Assembly: GCF_001194135.2 (NCBI RefSeq)
Contig: NC_068994.1
Location: 32,127,234 to 32,191,233 of the forward strand
Source of the DNA: Octopus bimaculoides
Taxonomy: Eukaryota
Length of the DNA stretch: 64,000 nucleotides
Direction: 5' to 3'
Shown: positions 53,841-64,000 of the stretch, one piece after another
How positions within the stretch are numbered: position 1 is the first letter of the stretch
How the letters are laid out: each line of letters starts with the position of its first letter
Made by a program: the position numbers and the translations under genes
The notes under the pieces: generated by a model
Told to the model about the DNA's origin: nothing
Seen by the model: the letters and a program-made list of their open reading frames with translations, nothing else
Databases searched by the model: none

Positions 53841-53947
53841 TTCAGTAGTTTTATTTTTATAACGTGCTTTCACTTCACTACCGAGCGCAGCTCTGTGTGC
53901 CTTGGGTATGTGCTGTGGTTTGCTGTGATGCTCTTATGGTTACTGTA

Positions 53948-53948
<1 letters not shown>
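53841..53948 (-). mobile_element. RLE LINE 3' UTR, same family as 3983-4120
   Basis: Near-identical to 3983-4090; TTA tracts on both sides. Confidence 0.85.
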
Positions 53949-53987
<39 letters not shown>

Positions 53988-54274
53988 ACATTTGGTAGCC
54001 TCAGGCAAATTTCTACTGCATCACCTGCTAGGGTTTGTGCAGCATTGTCTATTCTTTTTTGTTGTTAGGGGAGTGAAAACACTTCCTGGTATTGTATTGT
54101 GTCAGTTTGTTTTGTTATGGGGTCTGGTTGCAGTCTTTTATTGTATTAATGTTTGTATTGTGTGTTGAGTGTATAATGCGAGTTATGTTCTGTAGGATGT
54201 CTAGCCTGCCTGTAGTTGTTTATTTTATTAGATATATAAAAGTGTGTCTTGTGTTTGCAGATTGTTTTGTATGG

Positions 54275-54321
<47 letters not shown>

Positions 54322-54324
54322 AGC

Positions 54325-54510
54325 AGTGAACTGGCAGAATTGTTAGCATACCATACAAAATAGTGGCATTGCTTCCATCATTATGATCTGAGTTCAAATG
54401 TTGCCTTTCGTCTTTTTGGGCTTGATAAAATAGGAACCAGTTGAGTAATGGGGTCAATGTAATCGACTTCCCCACCCCTCGAAATTGCTGGCTTTGTGCC
54501 AGAATAAGAA
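54325..54510 (+). mobile_element. SINE family B copy
   Basis: aactggcagaattgttagcata...ctgagttcaaat...ccagttgagtaatggggtc...gctttgtgccag; TTA tracts either side. Confidence 0.8.
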
Positions 54511-54536
54511 AACTATTATCATTATTATTATTATTA

Positions 54537-54567
<31 letters not shown>

Positions 54568-55132
54568 CATTATTATCCTCATCACCATCATTATCATCAT
54601 TATTATTATTATTTTTTAAGGTATAACAAAGAGAAAAATATAACACAAACTAAAGTCTAACAAAACTCCACTTTGGATGGTTGATCTACATCAGCAATTT
54701 AAACAACAAACCCCACAAAAGACAAACACAAACACAAACAAAAACCATTAATGAAATTTTGTTAAATAAAATGTGTGTGTCATGAAGAAGAGAGGTGAGT
54801 TCCTGTATTTTGGACAGAGACAATCGTCTTTGAAGAAATGAGAAAATGTGTGTAAAAATGAATCTATTGATGTTTTTGTAGTTGTTGCTTAGTTGTCTTG
54901 TGATTGTAGCTGTTTAGCCCTAAATTGAAGTGAAACTAATCTGTGATCAAAAACAATCTAGCATTGACAATGAAATCCTCTCATATCATTTTGTATGTAT
55001 ATCAAGGATGACATTAATGATTGAATGTAATTGTATGTAATTTGGCCCTTGGTTTTATTACATAAGCTTCCAGTTTTAAAGCGATCAAATTTAAGAATTT
55101 GCCATTAAAACTCTGTGTTCCAATCGCCAGTT

Positions 55133-55398
55133 TATTAATGGCAAAGTTATTTTACTAAATTGCTTATCATTTTTAAAATCAACTGAAATACTGACAGAGT
55201 ATTTCAACAGAAATCTGGTAATGAAAGGGTGGCAGAGATTTAAATTCAAACCGCCCCATCAAAATTTCAAGTTAATTTATATTACTCTTTTACTTGTTTC
55301 AGTCATTTGACTGTGGCCATGCTGGAGCACTGCCTTTGGTCAAACAAATCGACTCCAGGACTTATTCTTTGTAAGCCTAGTACTTATTNNNNNNNNNN

Positions 55399-55432
<34 letters not shown>

Positions 55433-55870
55433 GCTTCTTTCAGTTTCTGTCTACCAAATCCACTCACAAGGCTTTGGCTGGCCCAAGGCTATATAGTAGG
55501 CGACACTTGTCCAAGGTGCCATGCAGTGGAACTGAACCCGGAACCATGTGGTTGGGAAGCAAACTTCTTACCATACAGCCACTCCTGCAAACATCAGCTT
55601 AATAACAACAGAGACATTTTACTAAATTCTTTGTTAATTTCAAAACTAACTGAAACAATTGAAGAGGATTTCAACAGAAATTCGGTGATGAAGGGGCTGA
55701 AGAGATTTGCATTTAAACCTGCCCATCAAAATTTCAAGTTAATTTATATTGCTAACACCATCTTAATAACATCAAAGTTATTTTACTAAATTCTTTGTTT
55801 TCAAAATTAATTGAGCCAAAGTCAGTGAATTTCAAAAAAAAAAAAAATATATAGTAATAAATGGGTTAAA
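55133..55870 (+). repeat. Two and a half direct copies of a unit of about 150-165 bp, with a family A SINE inserted after copy 1
   Basis: aagttattttactaaatt...tttcaacagaaat.tggt.atgaa.ggg...cccatcaaaatttcaagttaatttatatt recurs at about 55143, 55615 and 55775. Confidence 0.75.
55283..55585 (-). mobile_element. SINE family A (middle in gap)
   Basis: Family A tail and head flank a short N run. Confidence 0.8.
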
Positions 55871-57115
55871 AAGGTGAGGATGTGATATGAGGGAGATTTG
55901 GCTGCTCCTATATTCAGAGCTCCAGATATCATTTTCCCCTGAATGAATAAGATTCTGAGTTATTCCTCCTCCTTTAACTTTCCTATTAACCTCGGCTGCT
56001 GTAGAAAGAGGCTTGGTACTGGATGAGCTGTTTATCCTTCCCTGTCTAAATATTTAGCTCATATAGCTTCCACATTAAACTGTGTTGTTGGTGTTTTAAC
56101 TCCAGGTTAGTCTTGATTGATTAAAGCTGTGATTAAGACCATTTTAGTGTTGACCATTCCCATCACAGACTACATTGTTTAATCATCATCATCCTCATCA
56201 TCATCATCATTGTCGTTGTTGTTATCATCATCATTTAATATCCGTTTTCCACACTGGCTTGGGTTGGATGGTTTGATAGGGTCTGACAAGTTGCAGGGTT
56301 GCATTAGGCTCCAGTGTCAATTTTGGCATGATTTCTGTGGCTGGTTGCCCTTCTTAATGCCAACCACTTTACAGTGTGTGTTTTCGTTTTTTTTTTTTAT
56401 GATCTTGATATTTCTAATTTTTCTCTGTTTCTTTGGTATCCACTCTACAACTAGATGGAATTGCAAAGTCAGTATTGTTACATTGTTTGCCCTTGTTAGC
56501 TTGGTAGAATTGGTAGAGCATCTGTCAAAATGTCTTTCAGTATTTAGTTATATCTCTTTATGTTATGAGTTCAAATCTAAATCTTGGTGAGTTCAATTTT
56601 GCCTTTCATCTCTCTTGGCTCATTAAAACAAGTTTCTTTTAAGATAATTCATAATTTTTAATATCCTCTTGTGTTTCCATAAAGTGTAGTCACAACATAG
56701 AACAATCTGGATGCTCAACATTGACCAATCTTCTTTCACTATTGGTCCCTATATCTAAAACTGTAGCTTTGTTAGATCTAATATTTTAGGTCAGACCCTC
56801 ATTAACTTGGGAAATGTGTGTCCCCTACAAAGCTTTTTGACATCATAATATATTTGTGTTAATTCAATCCAGCTGTACCCTCTCCACAAAATGTTTCCCA
56901 TGTTCCAATATGAGAAGTTTGTGGGGTTTTCGTGAACAGCCCTCCAAAGCCAAGAGACTTTTGGAGAATTATTCATTGTTATAATTTTTATTGTTTTTGT
57001 TGTACATAATGTATACATGTAAAAACCTTTGTCTCTGTGTGTGTATTTTCTTCTGTTTCTTTACCAATGTCTTTTGTATCATTCTATGTAGGCCTTTGGG
57101 GGCCAATTGTTGTTG

Positions 57116-57369
57116 TTATTATTATTATTCTTATTCTTATATGTTTGGCTTTTGCTTTGTATTTGTACAAGTTGACTCCAAGTCTCACCCAGAGACCTCA
57201 AGAGACAACAAGTTAGAAGTTCAAATTGGTGTTATGACTAGGGTGCCATATTTTTAGTTTTAGTTTTGCACAAAGTATTGTTCTAGTAAATGTCTGTGAA
57301 AATACAAGAAAATTAGAAGTTTGTTCTAAAAATAATTTGGTTATAAGACGATAGTGTGATGTTAGGATA

Positions 57370-57370
<1 letters not shown>
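57116..57370 (-). mobile_element. RLE LINE 3' UTR, copy 2 of a tandem pair
   Basis: ttgtacaagttgactccaagtctcacccagagacctcaagagacaacaagttagaagttca is duplicated at about 57470. Confidence 0.8.
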
Positions 57371-57445
<75 letters not shown>

Positions 57446-57800
57446 TTATGTTTGACTTTTGTTTTGCATTTGTACAAGTTGGATCCAAGTCTCACCCAGA
57501 GACCTCAAGAGACAACAAGTTAGAAGTTCATGTAGGTGTTATGCCTAGGGTACCATATATTTGGATTTGTACATAGTGTTGTTCTAGAGAATGTTTAAGA
57601 AACCATAAGAAAATTATGTGTTTGTTTGAAAATTTGAGATCACATAGACAGTATTTTACGTAGGATATGGGCAGTTCCCATGAGCACTATCTTTTGAACT
57701 TCAGCCATTTTGGGGTTTCCTGGTATCTGAGCTAGGTAGTAATCAGCCCGTTTCGCTGTCATTCCCAGGGCACCTATGACAATAGGTAGTGTTTTAGGTA
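57446..57800 (-). mobile_element. RLE LINE 3' end (LKTLPIVIGALGMTAKRADYYLAQIPGNPKMAEVQKIVLMGTAHILRKILSM*) + 3' UTR
   Basis: Uninterrupted minus-strand frame from about 57800 to the stop at 57640-57642; TTA tracts at 57370-57445 and 57800-57890. Confidence 0.9.
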
Positions 57801-57837
57801 TTATTACTATTATTATTATTACTATTATTATTATTAC

Positions 57838-57891
<54 letters not shown>

Positions 57892-57892
57892 T

Positions 57893-58626
57893 AGGGTGGT
57901 GAGCTGGCAGAGTCGTTAGCATGCTGGATGAAATGCTTAGTGGTATTTCAGCCATCGCTACATTCTGAGTTCAAATTCCACTGAGGTTGACTTTGCCTGT
58001 CATCCTTTTGGGATCGATAAATTTAGTACCAGTGAAATTAATGGGGTTGATGTAACCTACTAGTCCCCTCCCCCCAAAATTTCAGGCATTGTGCCTATAA
58101 TAGAAAAGATTATTATTAAGGTGGAAAACTGGCAGAATTGTTAGCATGCTGGGCAAAATGCTTAGTGACATTTTTTTGAGCTATATGCTCTCAGTTCAAA
58201 TTCTGCTGAGGTTCACTTTCCCTTACCTTCTTTTGGGGAAAGATACAATAAATACCAGTTGAGCCCTAGAGCCAATGAAATTGAATCTCCTGCCCCTAAA
58301 ATTGGTGGCCTTGTGCCAAAATTTAAAACCATTATTAATATTGTTATAATAATAATAATAATAATAATAATTATTATTATTATTTTATTACTATTATTAC
58401 TATTATTATTATTAGGTAGTGAGCTGACAGAATCGCTTGCATACTGGATGAAATGCTTAGTGGTGTTTCGTCCATCTTTATGTCTTGAGTTCAAATTCTG
58501 CCATGATTGATCTTGATGTTCATTCTTTTGGGGATGATAAATTAAGTACCTGTCAAGCCCTGGGGTCGATGTGATCTACTATCCCCTCCCCCCAAATTTC
58601 AAGCCTTGTGCCTATAACAGAAAGGA

Positions 58627-58630
<4 letters not shown>
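57893..58630 (+). mobile_element. Three tandem family B SINEs (about 57893-58115, 58118-58340, 58415-58630) separated by TTA/TAA tracts
   Basis: Each begins (g/a)gtggtgagctggcaga-like and ends ccttgtgcc...(g)attattatt. Confidence 0.88.
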
Positions 58631-58675
<45 letters not shown>

Positions 58676-58690
58676 CATCATTACTATTAC

Positions 58691-58742
<52 letters not shown>

Positions 58743-58812
58743 GAATTCATAACATTGTACCTAAGATTATTTTTTCCTTTTTTTTTTCTTTTCTTCTTCT
58801 TGTTTCCTTTAG

Positions 58813-59177
58813 GAATCTATGCTTGCCCACCAGAACAGTTACCGAACTCAGCTACGAAAGGCCAATCACAATTTATCAATAGACCTAAAGTTACAGGCAC
58901 CACGCGGCCTGCATGCCAGCCAAATGTAGACAAGAAAATTTCATGTAACGACATCATTGATCTCAAATCGATTTCAGCAGCAAACCCTAACTCTCTAACT
59001 GGAACAAACTCTTGGAATTTGCCTTTCCGAAACAGTTTTACTTCATACGCCAAGCCTCTGCCAGCAATTCCAAAGATGCCATCCTTACCAACTTCCACAA
59101 AGTTGTCCCCACCAGCCAAACCCTTAAAAGGGGGTTTATCAAATATGATGCTTCATCATGAGACAGCTACATCATGA
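58813..59177 (+). CDS. Protocadherin terminal coding exon 3 (G-IYACPPEQLPNS...SWNLPFRNSFTSYAKPLPAIPK...HETATS*)
   Basis: Very strong acceptor (tttttttcttttcttcttcttgtttcctttag|ga). Phase 1 completes the GGA codon begun by exon 2. 120 further codons of Ser/Pro/Thr-rich sequence run to TGA at 59175-59177. No other comparable candidate was seen in the 40.8 kb between the exons. Confidence 0.8.
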
Positions 59178-59384
59178 AAACAGCTTCTGCTTATTTCACC
59201 CAACTAATATGTTCCTGATATGCACAAATACATAACTGCATATGTGAGTGTATATATGAATATATTATTATACATTAATATATGAATATATATATGTATA
59301 ATGGAAAACAGACTGGGTGATGATCCTCTACATGGCACTCTAAACACACCCTATAGTAGTCATATAACAAACTGTACACAAGAT

Positions 59385-59390
<6 letters not shown>

Positions 59391-59472
<82 letters not shown>
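59391..59472. repeat. (TA)n microsatellite in the presumptive 3' UTR
   Basis: Direct reading. Confidence 0.9.
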
Positions 59473-59478
<6 letters not shown>

Positions 59479-59766
59479 CATATGCATGTATGTATGTATG
59501 CATGTATGTATGTATGCAAGCGTGTGTCATTGGGATTACAAATTTATCTGCATATCTGAAGTGTATGATGGACTAAATACACAAGGACAGTAATATTATG
59601 TATAATATATATATATATATATATATATGGAGGTCAAATGGACTCAACACACAGAAATTGTTCTATTGTGTACATATGTGTTTTTTTTTTAATATTTTCA
59701 CACAAAAACACATACATGTACACTTGTAGATACACATACATAGATCTATATATGTGGTTAGGCATC

Positions 59767-59772
59767 AATAAA
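59767..59772 (+). promoter_or_regulatory. Candidate polyadenylation signal AATAAA for the protocadherin
   Basis: An AATAAA about 590 nt after the stop; the hexamer is common in AT-rich DNA, so support is weak. Confidence 0.2.
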
Positions 59773-60224
59773 TATACATACATCATAGATTTATATGTAC
59801 TTACATACACATATATATTCATACATACACATGCACAAAAGTGCATATACATATATGTTTATTAGAAGGCAAGTTTGTGTGTATATATGTATACACACAC
59901 ACACACACATATACATGCACACACAGATATAAATGAATGCACTCACATACACATTAAATAATGAAATTTGAAAGAGACACATTACTTGATGGAATTAGAA
60001 TATGATTCACTAACATATTCAATAACTCTGCTTTTTACCATCACATAAGTATACTCTATTTAGAACATGCATATATATTCCCTATACTGTTTGCAGTGCT
60101 GCTATTAGACGATTGTCACCAAGCCTCTGTGTCTTGTCAAGTTATTACCAATATCTTCTTCTTCTTTGTATAATCACAACTGAGATGCATTTCCTTATAT
60201 TGTTACATGAATCTCTGCCATACA

Positions 60225-60440
60225 TAAGTTTACTAGCCTCAGTTTAATATCATGTGTTGAGTAGTCTTTGTGCTCTATTAGGATGCAGTGGTATCAAAAT
60301 CATAACACCCAATTTGGTTTGGTGATCAGCACAATAGCAGTGGCCAGTAAAGCCTAACCCACATTGTATAACATTAATGGAGATGGATGGAATGTGTCCA
60401 TGAATCTCCTCATTTGTCTTGTGCTCCCACACGAGGGTGC
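60225..60440 (-). mobile_element. RTE-like LINE C-terminal remnant
   Basis: WEHKTNEEIHGHIPSIS..I...LGFTGHCY.A resembles the W..H.TNEELYG..P.IS..I..RRL.FAGHC.R pattern of RTE-clade ORFs (from memory). Confidence 0.6.
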
Positions 60441-60544
60441 TCTTTTCTTCTCCGTCATCATCAACCCATGGATATCATTGTTTTGAATCCTACAACTCCT
60501 ATTGTTAGTTACCTGTTTACATGGTATATAAGTGACCAATATTC

Positions 60545-60995
60545 TTTTATTCTATTTCTTGTTTCAGTTATTTGACTGTGACCAAGCTGGAGCCCCACCT
60601 TAAAGGGCTTTTTTAAAAAAAATATTGAGTCGAAGAAATTGACCCCCAAGACTTATTTCTTGTAAGCCTAGTACTTATTCTATAGGTCCCTTTTGCTGAA
60701 CCCTTAAGGTACAGGAATGTAAATACTACAACATCAGTTGTCAAATGATGGTGGGAGAAAGCCAAATACACATACATACATACATACATACATACATACA
60801 TACGTACGTACGTACATACATACATACATACATATATAGGACAGGCTTCTTTCAGTCTCTGTCTACCAAATCCACTCATGAAGCTTTGGTTGGCCTGAGG
60901 TTATAGTGGAAGATATTTGCCCAAGTTGCTACACAGTGGGACTGAACCTGGAACCATGTGGTTGGGAAGCAAGCTTTTTACCGCACAGCTAAGCC
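60545..60995 (-). mobile_element. SINE family A, full length (internal TACA repeat)
   Basis: Family A tail, body and head. Confidence 0.85.
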
Positions 60996-61474
60996 TACAC
61001 CTATAACAATCCCCTTGAATGGAAGGGTTACTCATTTACATTTGAGCGCATTGGAAAAATGTGAAACGATGAGTTTTGCTCAAGAACACAATGGTCCGAT
61101 AATCAAAGCCATTAGGTGTTTTGGGTCTTCAGAAATTGAGACTTTGACTCCATAGGGAGGAAGGAGTACTCTCTAGACACGTTGTGATGAAGAAGGTCAA
61201 CCTTGTTGAATTTGAAATGTCTGGTTGTTGTGACGTTACATAAGACACTTATGTCACCCATAATTACAATTTTCCTAACATAAGGTGGGCGTCTGACGTT
61301 TCTAAACTATTTTGTGAGATGTGTGCAAATTGGAGTTTTACTTTTGTTTTTTTTTTACTTTTTTTTTTTTCCTGATTTGGCACACTTTCAGGTTCAGCAG
61401 TTATTAGAGGATAAAGGAGATTNNNNNNNNNNTAACAAATCATCAGCCATAGATGAGGAAAAATGGTGATGATG

Positions 61475-61483
61475 AAAAGGACT

Positions 61484-61542
<59 letters not shown>

Positions 61543-61672
61543 ATGAAAAAGAAAGGGTGGTGATGGATGTGGGACAATGGTGATTGTAATTATAGGTAGA
61601 ATGATGACGGTGATAATGCTGAGAAGTGAGAGGAGAGCAAGAAGGTCACTGAAGAGGTGATGATGACGACGG

Positions 61673-61736
<64 letters not shown>

Positions 61737-61900
61737 AATGATGATGATGAAATGAAAGCAAGTGGGTGGTGATGGATGTTGGACAATGATGTTGGTAATT
61801 ACAGGGAGAGTGATGATGATGATAATGCTGAAAAGTGAGAGGAGAATGAGAGGGTTGGTGACAAGGACATGATGACAATAATAATGATGATAATGACAAC
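61475..61900. repeat. (GAT)n tracts with a duplicated interrupting block of about 100 bp
   Basis: atgaaatgaa...gggtggtgatggatg...gacaatg...gataatgctga.aagtgagaggaga at about 61538 and 61748. Confidence 0.8.
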
Positions 61901-62411
61901 AATGCTGATGAGAAATTTGATATCAGAAGTAGCATAAATTTTTTATCCAGAGGTCTTGCCTGTTGCCAAATATACAGACATATATCTATGTGCAGATAAA
62001 CAAGCATATAAAATACACATGCACAAGTACACATGTAATTACATAATATTGATATATGAATCTATCTATCTACATCATTACTTTAACCATATGTTCCAGT
62101 TGATGCTATTAAGTTAGTCATAGCATGGGCTGATACTGGCTGAAACCAATCGAAGGGATCTAGGTTATAACATCACATCTCTCCCTCTCTCTCTACTGTT
62201 AATAGAATTAAATATCTTAAAAGTAATGAGGGCATTTTTAGGAAAAATTCACTGAAAGTTCCTAATAAATTTATACTTTAACAGAATTATGTCAATCACA
62301 GTGGAAAGTTTTGAATTAATATAATATATTATATAATGCTTATGACAAGATATATAGATATGCAAAATTTTAACAAAACATGTATCTAAAAAAAAGCATA
62401 TGTCTGTGCAC

Positions 62412-62652
62412 ACCTTTCAATGAAATGTATGCCAGGAGGTTTGCAAATCTAATGGAGGCCTCAGAAGATATTTTAAGATCCACAAAGATCAGAATTTATC
62501 TGCAGCTCTTGGTGGTCCAAATCAGATATGCAATCTACGTGGGTGTCTTTTCAGAACATTGTCTGGTTTAAAAAGCCACATCAGATGCCATGATGGTTCT
62601 AAGGTGTAGGCACAGGAGTTGGTCAAACTCTGCATAAGAAGTAGACAACCAT
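62412..62652 (+). pseudogene. Decayed tandem C2H2-like zinc-finger coding remnant, probably the 3' end of a LINE
   Basis: Frame from 62412: TFQ*NVCQEVCKSNGGLRRYFKIHKD...ICNLRGCLFRTLSGLKSHIRCHDGSKV*. About 40 bp of UTR follow, then a gap that ends in (AT)n. Confidence 0.55.
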
Positions 62653-63438
62653 NNNNNNNNNNNNNNNNNNNNNNNNNNNNNNNNNNNNNNNNNNNNNNNN
62701 NNNNNNNNNNNNNNNNNNNNNNNNNNNNNNNNNNNNNNNNNNNNNNNNNNNNNNNNNNNNNNNNNNNNNNNNNNNNNNNNNNNNNNNNNNNNNNNNNNNN
62801 NNNNNNNNNNNNNNNNNNNNNNNNNNNNNNNNNNNNNNNNNNNNNNNNNNNNNNNNNNNNNNNNNNNNNNNNNNNNNNNNNNNNNNNNNNNNNNNNNNNN
62901 NNNNNNNNNNNNNNNNNNNNNNNNNNNNNNNNNNNNNNNNNNNNNNNNNNNNNNNNNNNNNNNNNNNNNNNNNNNNNNNNNNNNNNNNNNNNNNNNNNNN
63001 NNNNNNNNNNNNNNNNNNNNNNNNNNNNNNNNNNNNNNNNNNNNNNNNNNNNNNNNNNNNNNNNNNNNNNNNNNNNNNNNNNNNNNNNNNNNNNNNNNNN
63101 NNNNNNNNNNNNNNNNNNNNNNNNNNNNNNNNNNNNNNNNNNNNNNNNNNNNNNNNNNNNNNNNNNNNNNNNNNNNNNNNNNNNNNNNNNNNNNNNNNNN
63201 NNNNNNNNNNNNNNNNNNNNNNNNNNNNNNNNNNNNNNNNNNNNNNNNNNNNNNNNNNNNNNNNNNNNNNNNNNNNNNNNNNNNNNNNNNNNNNNNNNNN
63301 NNNNNNNNNNNNNNNNNNNNNNNNNNNNNNNNNNNNNNNNNNNNNNNNNNNNNNNNNNNNNNNNNNNNNNNNNNNNNNNNNNNNNNNNNNNNNNNNNNNN
63401 NNNNNNNNNNNNNNNNNNNNNNNNNNNNNNNNNNNNNN

Positions 63439-63485
<47 letters not shown>

Positions 63486-63965
63486 CATACATACATATAT
63501 ATATATACGAATTTCTATTGCAATTATTCTACCTGAAGAGTTGAGTCTAAATGAGAATGTGTGTGTGTATACATAGGACTATGTGTGTATGCATTAATGC
63601 TTGCTTGCTTACCTGATTATATAAACACTGACAACAGTTCTACAGTTTTATACACATATGTCCTTAGGAACAAGAATTCCAGCCTGTCTGTATGTAACTA
63701 TATGTATTAATATACATACATATAAATACATGCACACACACACACACACACACACATATTTATACATATATACGTATATATGTATGCATATAAGTATTAT
63801 ATAGATGTTTATAGATTATATACATATATACATATATAGACATGCACAGCCACACAAATGCATATGTATATGCATGTATACACACACATACACACATACA
63901 TACGTACACACACATACACACATATACATATATACATTATGTGTGTGTACATGTATGAATGTATA

Positions 63966-64000
<35 letters not shown>

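Noticed and set aside
17955-59070. WIRS (WAVE-binding) motif in the tail (WSTTF, RNSF)
   Set aside because: Neither places a hydrophobic residue two positions before the S/T-F as the phi-x-[ST]-F consensus requires.
58817-59119. 100-aa minus-strand ORF (MAGGDNFVEV...)
   Set aside because: Antisense shadow of exon 3; the + frame has the splice acceptor and phase support.

Overview
AT-rich, microsatellite-dense, gap-ridden animal genomic DNA. The protocadherin type and repeat families point to an octopus (coleoid cephalopod); this is inference. It holds one supportable protein-coding gene, a + strand protocadherin that I reconstruct as three coding exons. Exon 1 (10246-12675) is a single giant exon encoding signal peptide, six cadherin repeats, TM helix and the proximal tail. 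Exon 2 is 17889-18036 and exon 3 is 58813-59177. The exons join in frame (phase 0, then phase 1) to give about 980 aa. Intron 1 (5,213 bp) opens with a non-canonical GC donor, and reading through it gives an alternative 816-aa stop. Intron 2 is 40,776 bp. The rest of the window is mobile-element debris: three or four tRNA-derived SINE families, many 5'-truncated RLE-type (R4/Dong-like) LINE ends sitting in (TAA)n tracts, RTE-like LINE remnants, Tc1/mariner deletion derivatives and several long fold-back elements. Almost all other ORFs in the supplied track are microsatellite or N-gap artefacts. Exon boundaries are base-exact from manual reading; repeat boundaries are approximate (tens of bp). 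No database searches were run.
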